Shown one piece after another: positions 8,115-17,638 of a stretch of 27,274 nucleotides of DNA. The stretch is from a virus. Its lineage: Duplodnaviria; Caudoviricetes. Under the pieces are notes generated by a model. It was not told the origin of the DNA, ran no database searches, and saw only the letters and a program-made list of their open reading frames with translations. A program made the translations under genes and the position numbers. How positions within the stretch are numbered: position 1 is the stretch's first letter; each line of letters starts with the position of its first letter. The DNA lies in IMG/VR virus record IMGVR_UViG_3300037308_000552, positions 1 through 27,274 of that record; one strand, given 5' to 3'.

Positions 8115-8786
8115 CTATACCCATTTCCCTAAAAATCTAATAACTTTTGTCTCAACTAATTTATCAAAATAATCTGGCATAAAACAACGACCATCATGAC
8201 AAATCATTTTACTATTCTGATTTTCAGTTAGGAGACGATGTTCAAATCTCATTTCATTGAAATCAACTACAGCTGATCTATGTGAAGGCAAAGATACAGC
8301 ATCAAATGCTATAATTGTTAAAGGTGAGCGAACAATACTGTGATCCTGTCTTCTATCAAGTTCAGCAAGGCCACGCATACTAAAACCAACTCCAGCTTTA
8401 TCTTTTAATAAACCAAAAAGAATTCCACCACAAGGAGTACTGGTAGTTTGCATTTCTGCATAAAGAACATTATTTCTAAATTCATAGTCTCTAATTATAT
8501 GTGATACTTTTTCAAGAGCTACAGTTGTTTGTCTAATACCATCAATTGAATCATTTCCAGTTGGCAGAGGATGATCTAATTCTGAAAAGAATGCTAATCT
8601 TTCCATTCTTGGTCTGCAATTTTCCATGCCTTCACCCAAGACAGTTTTAGGATACATTCTGTGATTTTGGTTTATTTCATCTGAAGTTTGAATTGGGCAA
8701 CGAAAAACTGCCCTTCCAGAATTTGATTTTACAACTTCTGCTTCAGAAAAAATTTGACTCTCAATAATTAAATTTGGGCCAGTCAT
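8115..8786 (-). CDS. Prohead maturation protease, T4 gp21-like
   Basis: NQNHRMYP, ELDHP (catalytic His), GFSMRG (catalytic Ser) and FDAVSLPS motifs. Confidence 0.92.
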   Translation of the reverse strand: MTGPNLIIESQIFSEAEVVKSNSGRAVFRCPIQTSDEINQNHRMYPKTVLGEGMENCRPRMERLAFFSELDHPLPTGNDSIDGIRQTTVALEKVSHIIRDYEFRNNVLYAEMQTTSTPCGGILFGLLKDKAGVGFSMRGLAELDRRQDHSIVRSPLTIIAFDAVSLPSHRSAVVDFNEMRFEHRLLTENQNSKMICHDGRCFMPDYFDKLVETKVIRFLGKWV

Positions 8787-8788
8787 CT

Positions 8789-9442
8789 TTACTCCTCCGA
8801 AAAGTATTTTCTCATGCTTCCATAAATATAATCTAAAAACTTGTAAAAAGTAATAATAATCTCATCTAATTTATCTTTGTATTGAGGTAGATTTGTTATT
8901 ACTACTTCAAATAAATCAATAGCTTGTGCTACATACTTTCTTAATGAAAGCATAGTTTGATCAACAGATCTAGAAAGAAATGCTTCAATAGCAGTTAATC
9001 TAGAATAAATTTTCTTCAACTCATAAACTCTACCAATTTCAGTTGGTGTTGTTAATGGTGGAGGCTGACCAGGCATCATACCCATTCCTTGATCCATACC
9101 TCCCATTGCTGGGTCTCCACCAGGTCCAAATTGACCTGCATCTCCTAATGCATTTTCAGGTTCAGCTCCAGGTTCAGCTCCTACATCTTCTGTTGGAGCT
9201 GGTGCACTTTCAGGATCTGCATTTGGATCTTTGGGTACCTGCTCAGACAACCAAGCTTCTAGAAAAGTATTTTCTAAAGATCTATGAGTTGTAAATGCAG
9301 TTGGGTCTTCAATATAAGGAAAATCAGTAAACTGTGGAAAAGTCATATTCCCAACATCATCTTTAGGTGGAACATATCTCTGAGTAGTAAACCCAGCAGA
9401 AGATCCATCTAATATATCTTCTTTCAGTATTTTTTTAGCCAT
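8789..9442 (-). CDS. Hypothetical head-module protein with low-complexity P/G/M linker
   Basis: 217 aa between portal and protease, TAATG-coupled to the portal gene. Confidence 0.75.
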   Translation of the reverse strand: MAKKILKEDILDGSSAGFTTQRYVPPKDDVGNMTFPQFTDFPYIEDPTAFTTHRSLENTFLEAWLSEQVPKDPNADPESAPAPTEDVGAEPGAEPENALGDAGQFGPGGDPAMGGMDQGMGMMPGQPPPLTTPTEIGRVYELKKIYSRLTAIEAFLSRSVDQTMLSLRKYVAQAIDLFEVVITNLPQYKDKLDEIIITFYKFLDYIYGSMRKYFSEE

Positions 9443-11457
9443 TATACACCGCCTCCAAAACCGCCTTCTCCTCCTGGTGGCATTCCGCCTCCAGCACCAC
9501 CCATTCCACCTCCACCCATACCACCATAACTCCCACCAAATAATCCAGGTTGGTCTTGTTGTGCAGGGTCAAGAGTCTTTTCAATCTTCTGACTAATCTC
9601 AAATTTCTTAACTTCATCCCAATCAATTTGAGATAGATATTTCTTCTTTGAGTATTCTCTTGGGATACCAATTCTTTCAAGAGCTTCAACTAGATTAGCA
9701 ACATCAGACATATATCTAGCTTCTCTTTCAAATTGTAGTGATCTAGGAACAGGCAATGCAACTTCAACAAAATCCAGGATTGAAAGTGCAGTATCAGGAT
9801 CAATAATATCAAATACCTTTTGAATCAAATCATTTAATTGATGTGTCAAATATCTTTGATGTGAAATAACAGTTCTGGCAAATAGAATATTTTCTTCGCT
9901 TAATGCAGCTTTATTTGATAAGTTTTCTTCAATGCCAATAAATGAAGGTGGCACTCCAAGACTTGCAACCATCTGGTCTCTGATGAACTTCAATTCATCA
10001 ACTTTTCCTCTAGTATCCACTCTACCTTCGTCAAAAGTTGAAACATCAACAAATGGTTTCCCATCTTTTTGAGGAATATAAACATCCTCAAATGTGGTAA
10101 TCATACTTGGAATAGTATCAACGCTACCAAAACTATCAAGACTAATCTTTCTTTTTCTAAACTCTTCCTTCATAGCTTCGATAGCTTTCTTTGCATCTCT
10201 TGGTAAACCAATTTCAATAGCAATCTTTCTTTTTTCAGTTGATCTTGAAAGTCGTTGAACAGTAATAGCAGTTTCAAGAGCAACTAAAACTTTAGCTGAA
10301 AATTGTACGCTATCAAAAATTGATTCCCCGTAAGGATAAAACTTTGTGGTTGGGATATAAAAATGAACCATCTTATCAGGCGGAACATATCTAATTTCCA
10401 TTGCCTTGTTTAAATCAGTATTTGAAAGTAGAATCTTAATTACATCTTTAATTTCTTGGTCATTTTTAAAGTCTTTCATTTGAGGAATCTTCGCATTTAG
10501 ACTTCTCAAAATTGCTACGCAAACATTATTTACAGGTTCTTCCTGGAACACTATCTGAGGCAGAGCTGCTCTGACAGGAAAAACTAAATATCCTAAGCAA
10601 ATTGGAAACAATGAACTTTGTAATTTAACAATAAATTGTGGATCATGAAATACTAATTTCATGTTGTTTAAAACTTTATCTTTATTTTTTTGAGACTTCT
10701 TTTTTCCTTTTAATGCTTTTGCAGCACCATCAATTGAACTTGAATCAATTGGTGTGCTTTCTGATTCATAAAATGCTGAGTAATCCATTGTAACTTCATA
10801 GTTACCATACTTTCCGCCTAAGCTATCAACTATCTTTTCTTTAATTCCATTTTCATATTGGTCATTAATTGTTTGTAAGTATGTACCGCTTTCATTTAAT
10901 AATGATCTACTTGTTAAAACAGTTTTTGGCCCTGCAATTTCACAAAATAAATCACCAAATAAAAGAGTATTTTTAACAATCAAATCAAGTCTTTTTTCTA
11001 GTTCAATATCTTTTACTACTTCTTTTACATATCTAACTTTAGATTGAATTGGTGTGTCATCTTCAAGATACATCTTTGGTCTTATTTCTAAAACTTGTTT
11101 TGTAATATCATCTGGTGAAAGAATATTATCAACTAAAACAGTCAAAGCTCTATGGGCATGGTTTAATTGAGTAACAATTGCTTGATATATTTTGTATCTT
11201 TGTATTCTACTACCTTGACCGAATGAGATAGGAGATATTCCTTGTCCGAATAATCCACCGCTGACTCCAGAAATTTTTACATCTGAATTTTTAGAGATTA
11301 AACTCTTTACTAATTCTATATAACCATTTCTGCCAGAATGACTTTTGTATGCAATAATATCTTTAACAGCTTTATCTAATGACGCATCAACTTTAGCTGT
11401 TTGAGTTTGCATAATTGTAGTTTTAAGCTTATCTAACGTATCTAACAAACCCGCCAT
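9442..11457 (-). CDS. Portal protein, T4 gp20-like
   Basis: FYPYGESIF, ALETAITVQRLSRSTEKR, EDVYIP and SLGVPPSFIG match gp20-family motifs; head-module context. Confidence 0.9.
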   Translation of the reverse strand: MAGLLDTLDKLKTTIMQTQTAKVDASLDKAVKDIIAYKSHSGRNGYIELVKSLISKNSDVKISGVSGGLFGQGISPISFGQGSRIQRYKIYQAIVTQLNHAHRALTVLVDNILSPDDITKQVLEIRPKMYLEDDTPIQSKVRYVKEVVKDIELEKRLDLIVKNTLLFGDLFCEIAGPKTVLTSRSLLNESGTYLQTINDQYENGIKEKIVDSLGGKYGNYEVTMDYSAFYESESTPIDSSSIDGAAKALKGKKKSQKNKDKVLNNMKLVFHDPQFIVKLQSSLFPICLGYLVFPVRAALPQIVFQEEPVNNVCVAILRSLNAKIPQMKDFKNDQEIKDVIKILLSNTDLNKAMEIRYVPPDKMVHFYIPTTKFYPYGESIFDSVQFSAKVLVALETAITVQRLSRSTEKRKIAIEIGLPRDAKKAIEAMKEEFRKRKISLDSFGSVDTIPSMITTFEDVYIPQKDGKPFVDVSTFDEGRVDTRGKVDELKFIRDQMVASLGVPPSFIGIEENLSNKAALSEENILFARTVISHQRYLTHQLNDLIQKVFDIIDPDTALSILDFVEVALPVPRSLQFEREARYMSDVANLVEALERIGIPREYSKKKYLSQIDWDEVKKFEISQKIEKTLDPAQQDQPGLFGGSYGGMGGGGMGGAGGGMPPGGEGGFGGGV

Positions 11458-11459
11458 GT

Positions 11460-11696
11460 TTATCTCCTAGCTTTCGACTTTACTCTAGATCCATATTTAT
11501 TGTGGACTTTATCTCTATATTCATAATATTTGTCTCTATAAGTAATCATTTGTTTATACAACGGATCATTTTTCTTTCTTGCTTCAACACTAGACAAAAG
11601 ACCAATAGCTTTATTGATTTTAGTTTTTTGAGTTATCGTTGATCTACTAGTCCTCTTCGGTGTCTCTTGAAGATAATCTAGATATTCATCTAACAT
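11460..11696 (-). CDS. Small basic hypothetical protein (possible virion protein)
   Basis: 78 aa ORF directly upstream of the portal, GAGG RBS. Confidence 0.7.
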   Translation of the reverse strand: MLDEYLDYLQETPKRTSRSTITQKTKINKAIGLLSSVEARKKNDPLYKQMITYRDKYYEYRDKVHNKYGSRVKSKARR

Positions 11697-12123
11697 TTTG
11701 AACTTCCTCTTGATGAGGAACTTCTACTTCACTTTCCATTAAGTTTTCAACTGCACCTTTTCTTACTTCATCTTCCTCATATTTTCTATTGAAATAGTCA
11801 GCTATATTAAAAGTTAATGTATCATAATTACCAAATAACTTTATGTATTGTTTTACTAATATTGGCCCTAATAATTTTATAACTAGGGTAACAAATTTTT
11901 TAGTTACAAAATCAAAGTCTTTATCAGAAATCTTTGTAGCTTCAACTGAATATATCAGAATGTCATCTTTATATACAGTTTCATAAGCTTTATCCATATT
12001 ATACTGCAATACACTCATATAAGTTGTATAATCATTAATTAACTTTCTTCTATTGTTAGATCTTATATATAAATAAGAGCATAACAAAAATAAAAGTATA
12101 GTAGGTATTAGAATGTATTCCAT
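11686..12123 (-). CDS. Hypothetical protein with N-terminal transmembrane helix
   Basis: 145 aa, begins ILIPTILLFLLCSYLYI. Confidence 0.75.
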   Translation of the reverse strand: MEYILIPTILLFLLCSYLYIRSNNRRKLINDYTTYMSVLQYNMDKAYETVYKDDILIYSVEATKISDKDFDFVTKKFVTLVIKLLGPILVKQYIKLFGNYDTLTFNIADYFNRKYEEDEVRKGAVENLMESEVEVPHQEEVQNVR

Positions 12124-12124
12124 T

Positions 12125-12430
12125 TTATTCCGCGTCTGTTATTATATCTTCTTGAATTTCTTGCTTTTTTGGTTCTTCTCTTTCAATCATTTCTTTAACA
12201 GTATCATCAAGTAATGATTCTGGTTGTTGTATATTTTCCATTTCTTCAATTAAAATGCTATTTAATTTACTTGGTCTAACAACTAAAGCTGAATTACTAA
12301 CTTGTAATACTGCTATGTTATTTGAGTTAAAAAGTTTTGTAGTCTCTTTAATCACACTATCAATACTAATAGGGGCATCATCAAATAATTCAATGACTTC
12401 CCCCTCTTGATAAACAGTAATCTTTCGCAT
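12125..12430 (-). CDS. Hypothetical protein
   Basis: 101 aa, GAGAGG RBS, operon packing. Confidence 0.75.
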   Translation of the reverse strand: MRKITVYQEGEVIELFDDAPISIDSVIKETTKLFNSNNIAVLQVSNSALVVRPSKLNSILIEEMENIQQPESLLDDTVKEMIEREEPKKQEIQEDIITDAE

Positions 12431-12442
12431 TTAAATCCTCTC

Positions 12443-12721
12443 TTATTCAATTTCTAACAATTTCTTTAGAGTACTTTTATTACTATCGTTCTCATTGTAT
12501 AGTTCTTCTATATTTACTTTTTTCTGTGAAAGTTTTTGCTCTTGTGGGGTCTCAATATCATCATCTAAATAATATTTTAAATTTTGTTGTCTAATTTGAT
12601 TTTTTAATAGTAAAAGATCTTCTTCTTTAACATTTTTAAATAGAACTGGAGTTCTGGTTTTTTTTCCATTGAAGATTATGAAATGTCCAGGAGTAGTTAT
12701 TTTGACTTTATGTAGTTTCAT
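12443..12721 (-). CDS. Hypothetical protein
   Basis: 92 aa, AGGTGG RBS. Confidence 0.75.
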   Translation of the reverse strand: MKLHKVKITTPGHFIIFNGKKTRTPVLFKNVKEEDLLLLKNQIRQQNLKYYLDDDIETPQEQKLSQKKVNIEELYNENDSNKSTLKKLLEIE

Positions 12722-12737
12722 CTATTCCACCTTTCTG

Positions 12738-12776
12738 AAAAAAAATGGGTGGAGCAATTAAAACACTCCACCCATT
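12738..12776 (-). terminator. Intrinsic terminator of the scaffold-like gene
   Basis: Stem AATGGGTGGAG (12744-12754) / CTCCACCCATT (12766-12776), with a U-tract on the minus strand. Confidence 0.88.
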
Positions 12777-12780
12777 CAAA

Positions 12781-14016
12781 TTAAACTCTAACCCTTTTTG
12801 AAGAAATTTCTTCAACTTTATCAGTATCACCTACCTCGTTTTCAATTTCTTCTTTAAAAATTTTGAAACCTTCTTCTGCGTATTCGCCTACACTATAATC
12901 TTCGCCTTGATGCCCCATTTTTCCTGCTGGGCCTTTTAGACTTTCTTGTGAAAGTTTCTTTTGAGCTATATGACCCATTGCTGCTCCAGCCACTGGGTGT
13001 CCTACAGCTGCACCCATAGCTCCACCAGCTATTGAACCAGCGATTCCTTCCTCTACATCAACTTTTTTTTCGCTCTCATCTTCATCTTCTTCGGCTTCTT
13101 CTGCTTCACCTAGAAGATTTAGTTCTAGTTGTTCTAGAGCTTGCTCGATGTTTAAGGACTCGTCGGTATACTCTTTTGGTTCTACCATTTGATCGTGTAA
13201 ATCTTTTCTGTCAGGAATTTGCCCTTCGGCATCACCTGTACCAGCTTGTTCTGTACCTGAACCTTCTGCATGATCCATTGGTCCTTTTGCTTCTTTTTCC
13301 TCTGGATTATGAACTTTTGGTTCATCATCAGTATAGGTCATGATACCATCTTTTTCTTCCATCTCGCCAATCAATTTTTCAATGATGGCGTTTTCGGTCA
13401 TTTTTTCTGAGTCATCTTTATCTTCTTTATCGTCGTCATCTTTATCTTCAACATCTTCTGCTTCTTTAACATCGTGTTTTTCAGTTCCTTCTTCTTTTTC
13501 TTTCTTTTGTGTTTCTTCTGACTCAGCAGCTTCTTCTTCTGGAGTCTCTTTATCTTCATCATGATCTTGCTCTAGGAATAGAAGACCTTCTTCTACTTCT
13601 TCTTCTTCTTCTTTGTCCTCTTCATCTTCTTCTGAATCTTCATCTTGTTCTCTAATCATTCCTTCAATCCACTCTTTGGCAATAATTTCTTCTTTATCAT
13701 CTAGAGCACCTTTGATTGAAGATTCATCGCTTGTACCAGCTTGTTCTGTGCCTGTACCCTCAGCGTGATCCATTGCCTCGCCTGAAGCATCGCCTTTGTC
13801 ATTTTCAAAAGCTGTTTCAAGAGGCTTATCTTCGCCTTCATTGAAATAATATCTTTCTAGAATGCTTGCGGCATCTTTATTTGTTGGGAGCTCGCCATCC
13901 CCTCTCCATGAAAGAATTGGATCCAACATGGGGCCTTTTACTTCTACGTTATCACTGGTATCAAACTCAGCGATAGCTTCTTTCAGTAATTGAACATAAG
14001 TCTTTGACTTTTTCAT
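12781..14016 (-). CDS. Highly acidic protein, probable prohead scaffold/core protein
   Basis: 411 aa, very E/D-rich, with its own promoter-like motif, AGGAGG RBS and terminator, next to the head genes. Function is inferred. Confidence 0.65.
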   Translation of the reverse strand: MKKSKTYVQLLKEAIAEFDTSDNVEVKGPMLDPILSWRGDGELPTNKDAASILERYYFNEGEDKPLETAFENDKGDASGEAMDHAEGTGTEQAGTSDESSIKGALDDKEEIIAKEWIEGMIREQDEDSEEDEEDKEEEEEVEEGLLFLEQDHDEDKETPEEEAAESEETQKKEKEEGTEKHDVKEAEDVEDKDDDDKEDKDDSEKMTENAIIEKLIGEMEEKDGIMTYTDDEPKVHNPEEKEAKGPMDHAEGSGTEQAGTGDAEGQIPDRKDLHDQMVEPKEYTDESLNIEQALEQLELNLLGEAEEAEEDEDESEKKVDVEEGIAGSIAGGAMGAAVGHPVAGAAMGHIAQKKLSQESLKGPAGKMGHQGEDYSVGEYAEEGFKIFKEEIENEVGDTDKVEEISSKRVRV

Positions 14017-14079
14017 TAGTTGTTCCTCCTAAGTATTTAACACCAAGGTTAATATATAATGATAACCTTTATTTTTCAA

Positions 14080-14089
14080 TTTGTTCTAA
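14080..14089 (-). promoter_or_regulatory. TTRGAACAAA promoter-like motif upstream of the scaffold-like gene
   Basis: TTAGAACAAA on the minus strand. Confidence 0.6.
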
Positions 14090-14119
14090 GTTAAAATCCA
14101 AAAAAATATCAGTTCGTTT

Positions 14120-15610
14120 CTAAAACTTATAATCTCCAAATCCATCAAAACATGTTGCAGCAGGTTTTGATGCATCTGGTTTTTCATTGTTACTTGCATA
14201 TTGGCAATCCATAAATTTAAATCTTTCAAAGTCTACTGTAAAATCTAAAGATACGTTACTTTGTCCCGATCTATATTTTCCGATCTTAGCATGAATCAAT
14301 TTATTATTATGCTTGTCTTTTCCAAGAAGCATAACAAAATCTGCATGTTCTACCTTTTTAATTGATTCTGACATCTGATCCAAGTTCAAATCTCTAGAAT
14401 CATCAATTGAATAAATCTTTCTCCCTAACTGTGAAGCAGTAATAACTGGAATATTATACTGAACTGCTAAAGTTTTCAATGATAAAGTAATATGCCCTAG
14501 TTCTAATCTGTACATATCATACTTTGTATCCGTCTTTAACAAATCTAAATAATCAATATATAAACCAGCAATTCTTTCTTTTCCATACTGTTCAATAACA
14601 TCATCTACAACTCCCATTAAATCTATTGCGCTAATAGACATAGGAGCAAAATATTTCATTATAATTGTTGACCCATTTTTCAGAAGAACTTCACAAATCT
14701 GTTTCTTAATATCTACACCTTTTGCAACATCAGACAACATATCCGAAGATTTCTTATCAAACATTGGTTGATAAGTTCTCATTAATGACTCTTCAATTGT
14801 ATTTTCCATTGTAACATAAATAAATGCTCTGGAAATCTCTCCTGGTTTAACTATATGTGCATTTTCTTCCATCAAAATTTGAGTGCTATTACATGATCTT
14901 ACAATACAGTTATTTAAAATTGTTGATTTACCTGCTCCAGAACCTCCACCAAAAATATAAAGTCTTGAAGGTTCAAAGCCACCAACCATTATTCTATCAA
15001 GAAGTTCAAAACCAGTTGGGGTTTTACTAGTTCTTTCATATTTCTTTCTTATCATATTAATAACATGATCAAAATTATCCTTTACCAAATCTAAACTTGC
15101 TGCTTCTTCAATGGTAATTGATCTATTGCTTTCCATTACATTTGAATATAAAGTTTTAATTGTTACTTCATAATCTTCAACAAGATCATCAATAGAATCA
15201 AATGAACCATCTTTGATTGATTCCAGAACATTATTTAGATCATCAAAGTTTTTAAACAATGCAACAATCTTTTTTCTTATTCTAACTTGTTTAACGAAAT
15301 CTTGAAATATTATTTGATTTAATTCTTCATTAATTTTAAAATCTAGAAAATCTAATTGTGGTTTGAATTTTTCACTCAATGAAATACTATCTCGGATTGT
15401 TTCAACTGTTTTACCTGATAAAAACATTTCTGAAATTTTTCGTAGACAATCTATTTTGGCTTGTACTGGGAGGGGAACATCAAAACTTTCACCTGATTTA
15501 AATTCTAAAACTTTTAAAATATCTCTGTAAAGAGCATTACTTTTCTTAATCTTTGAATTTTTGTTTAACAATAAAGAAAAACACGCGTTCAAAAATGACT
15601 CAGTTATCAT
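14120..15610 (-). CDS. dnaB: Replicative DNA helicase, DnaB/T4 gp41-like
   Basis: PTGF..LD, Walker A GGSGAGKS, Walker B YIDYLDLL, and the ITASQL, ADFV and KYRSG SF4 helicase motifs. Confidence 0.92.
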   Translation of the reverse strand: MITESFLNACFSLLLNKNSKIKKSNALYRDILKVLEFKSGESFDVPLPVQAKIDCLRKISEMFLSGKTVETIRDSISLSEKFKPQLDFLDFKINEELNQIIFQDFVKQVRIRKKIVALFKNFDDLNNVLESIKDGSFDSIDDLVEDYEVTIKTLYSNVMESNRSITIEEAASLDLVKDNFDHVINMIRKKYERTSKTPTGFELLDRIMVGGFEPSRLYIFGGGSGAGKSTILNNCIVRSCNSTQILMEENAHIVKPGEISRAFIYVTMENTIEESLMRTYQPMFDKKSSDMLSDVAKGVDIKKQICEVLLKNGSTIIMKYFAPMSISAIDLMGVVDDVIEQYGKERIAGLYIDYLDLLKTDTKYDMYRLELGHITLSLKTLAVQYNIPVITASQLGRKIYSIDDSRDLNLDQMSESIKKVEHADFVMLLGKDKHNNKLIHAKIGKYRSGQSNVSLDFTVDFERFKFMDCQYASNNEKPDASKPAATCFDGFGDYKF

Positions 15611-15987
15611 ACATTCTCCTTTTTCATTTGTGTTCCAAAAACTGAGCTATATTTCTCAAAAAGTTGTTCAGTTATCATCTTATCAATTTTGTCAGCTAAG
15701 TCTTTTGCCATAACATCTTTAATATAATCTTTTAGGGATTTTCCATTTATTTTTATATTTTCAGTGTCAAATTCAACTGTATTAGAAAAGCTTGTGAAAG
15801 CAGAAGAATCAATAAAAAATGAAGTATCTTTAGGCTTTAATTTTCCACCTCTAGCATTTTCAACCCAGTCTAATTTACCAGTCCCTAAACATTTTGGACA
15901 ACGAAGCATATAATCCTTAATAGGAGCAGAACCTGTTCCATTACATTTATCACATAGAACTTCACCTTCTAACAATTCAGGTTTCAT
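15607..15987 (-). CDS. Small protein with DnaJ-type zinc finger
   Basis: CDKCNGTG and CPKCLGTG (CxxCxGxG twice). Start moved to ATG 15987, which gives an ATGA overlap with the upstream paralog. Confidence 0.75.
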   Translation of the reverse strand: MKPELLEGEVLCDKCNGTGSAPIKDYMLRCPKCLGTGKLDWVENARGGKLKPKDTSFFIDSSAFTSFSNTVEFDTENIKINGKSLKDYIKDVMAKDLADKIDKMITEQLFEKYSSVFGTQMKKENV

Positions 15988-16184
15988 TTTCGCATTGCCT
16001 TTTGAATCCAATCAATTTTTCCTCTACCATAACATCTACTGCATGTTAGATTCTTAGCTTTTTTAGTTTTAAAAACTTGTTTGAGAGGAACCATGCCTTT
16101 TCCATGACACTTAGGACACAGTTCCTCTCCTTCATCTACACAGATGAACATATTCAAATATTTGTTATAAGCTTCTATTCCCAT
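15984..16184 (-). CDS. Small protein with DnaJ-type zinc finger (paralog of the downstream gene)
   Basis: EGEELCPKCHGKG...CSRCYGRGKIDW aligns with EGEVLCDKCNGTG...CPKCLGTGKLDW. Confidence 0.75.
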   Translation of the reverse strand: MGIEAYNKYLNMFICVDEGEELCPKCHGKGMVPLKQVFKTKKAKNLTCSRCYGRGKIDWIQKAMRK

Positions 16185-17599
16185 ATATCAACTTTTGTTC
16201 TTTCATTTAATTCTTTAAACTCATCTTTAGCTAATCCCTTGACTACAATATATTTACAATATTCTTCATCTAAATTTCTTAGCATATCTAATGAGTTTGA
16301 AATACTTTGAGCTTTAATAAGTTGTTTCTTACTAACTGAACCCTGATTGATAAGTCTAGTCAGTCCTTCACAAATACTATTAAACTCAAATGTTAAACCA
16401 TCTTTATAAATTGGATAAATTCTTTGAACTGTCTGCCTCATTTCTTCTTGAACTTCAGCAAAGAAATTTAATGAATAAAGTGTCGCATAAGCTTTTACAT
16501 CAGGATGAAATGTTTCAACCATATTTCCCGAACGATCTTCATACATTCCATAAAGGCCATCAACATTAATACGTTTCCAATTCCACTTATCTGCTAAACG
16601 ATTGACTCCTTCTTGAAATTCATCAACCACTGTAATATCTCTTTGCATATTATGAAGTGCAAATTTTTTATCTAGATTTTTACTTTTAATATTTAATTTT
16701 CTTATATTTCCAAACTTATCTCTTGTATAAATAAATCTAGCATGCATTACTTGTTTGTAAGGACTAGATGAATCATAAGTAATATTTAAATCAATATTGT
16801 GTTCTTGCTTAATACATTCTTTAAATAGTTCATAAAACATAACATCCCTAAAATTTGCACCACCCAAAATATGAAAGTTCAAATAGTTTCGTTTGAATTT
16901 CTTACATTCATTGATAAGAGGAATTAATGGAAGGACATAAATAATACATGGGATTGACATATCGCTCGCCATGTTTGCAACAATACCACCTGTTCCATGA
17001 TATTCAAATGCGTTGAACATATCGTTCTCTCGCATAATACTTGTATAGATATCCCATAATTGAGGAGTTCTAAAGTGATGTATATAAATGATCTTTTTTC
17101 TAATTTCATCAGGCAACGATCTAGCCTTTTGATAAGAGTCAAGATTTAATTTACACACATCTGTAAAATCTTTAAAGATCTCACAACCTGGACCAGGCGG
17201 AACATCTAGAATAAATGCTTTCTGAAATACGTGATGATGTTCTTCAATAAATTCATAATACATTTTATATAATAAATCTGATTCTGTTCTAGTTAATTGT
17301 CCTGTTGAGATTTGGAAACCACCACTATCAACTATAAATGTACAATCATCAAATATTCCCATAGCTCTACATTTGTCATACATATCAGCTTCGATTTTAT
17401 TATACTTATCATACTTCTTCTTGTTAGGAAAGTTTTGACCGTATGAATGTAGAAAACCAGAGCAAGTATTTGACAAAAACTTTGAGATATCTGCAGGAGT
17501 AAAATTGTTATCGAATCTAGGTTTCTTTCCATGAACGAAATTGCCAACTATACTTGTTAATGTTTCAAACCCAGCTAAAACATAACCACTTTTAATCAT
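16175..17599 (-). CDS. tRNA-guanine transglycosylase (TGT)/DpdA-like base-exchange enzyme
   Basis: VDSGGFQ, ILDVPP, FHILGG and TYDSSS match the TGT-fold catalytic Asp motifs; QueE is 2.5 kb away. Confidence 0.75.
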   Translation of the reverse strand: MIKSGYVLAGFETLTSIVGNFVHGKKPRFDNNFTPADISKFLSNTCSGFLHSYGQNFPNKKKYDKYNKIEADMYDKCRAMGIFDDCTFIVDSGGFQISTGQLTRTESDLLYKMYYEFIEEHHHVFQKAFILDVPPGPGCEIFKDFTDVCKLNLDSYQKARSLPDEIRKKIIYIHHFRTPQLWDIYTSIMRENDMFNAFEYHGTGGIVANMASDMSIPCIIYVLPLIPLINECKKFKRNYLNFHILGGANFRDVMFYELFKECIKQEHNIDLNITYDSSSPYKQVMHARFIYTRDKFGNIRKLNIKSKNLDKKFALHNMQRDITVVDEFQEGVNRLADKWNWKRINVDGLYGMYEDRSGNMVETFHPDVKAYATLYSLNFFAEVQEEMRQTVQRIYPIYKDGLTFEFNSICEGLTRLINQGSVSKKQLIKAQSISNSLDMLRNLDEEYCKYIVVKGLAKDEFKELNERTKVDIWE

Positions 17600-17626
17600 T
17601 CACAAACTCCTTCATTTTTATAATCA

Positions 17627-17636
17627 TTTGTTCCAA
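17627..17636 (-). promoter_or_regulatory. TTRGAACAAA promoter-like motif upstream of the TGT-like gene
   Basis: TTGGAACAAA on the minus strand, in a 39-nt gap. Confidence 0.6.
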
Positions 17637-17638
17637 AT

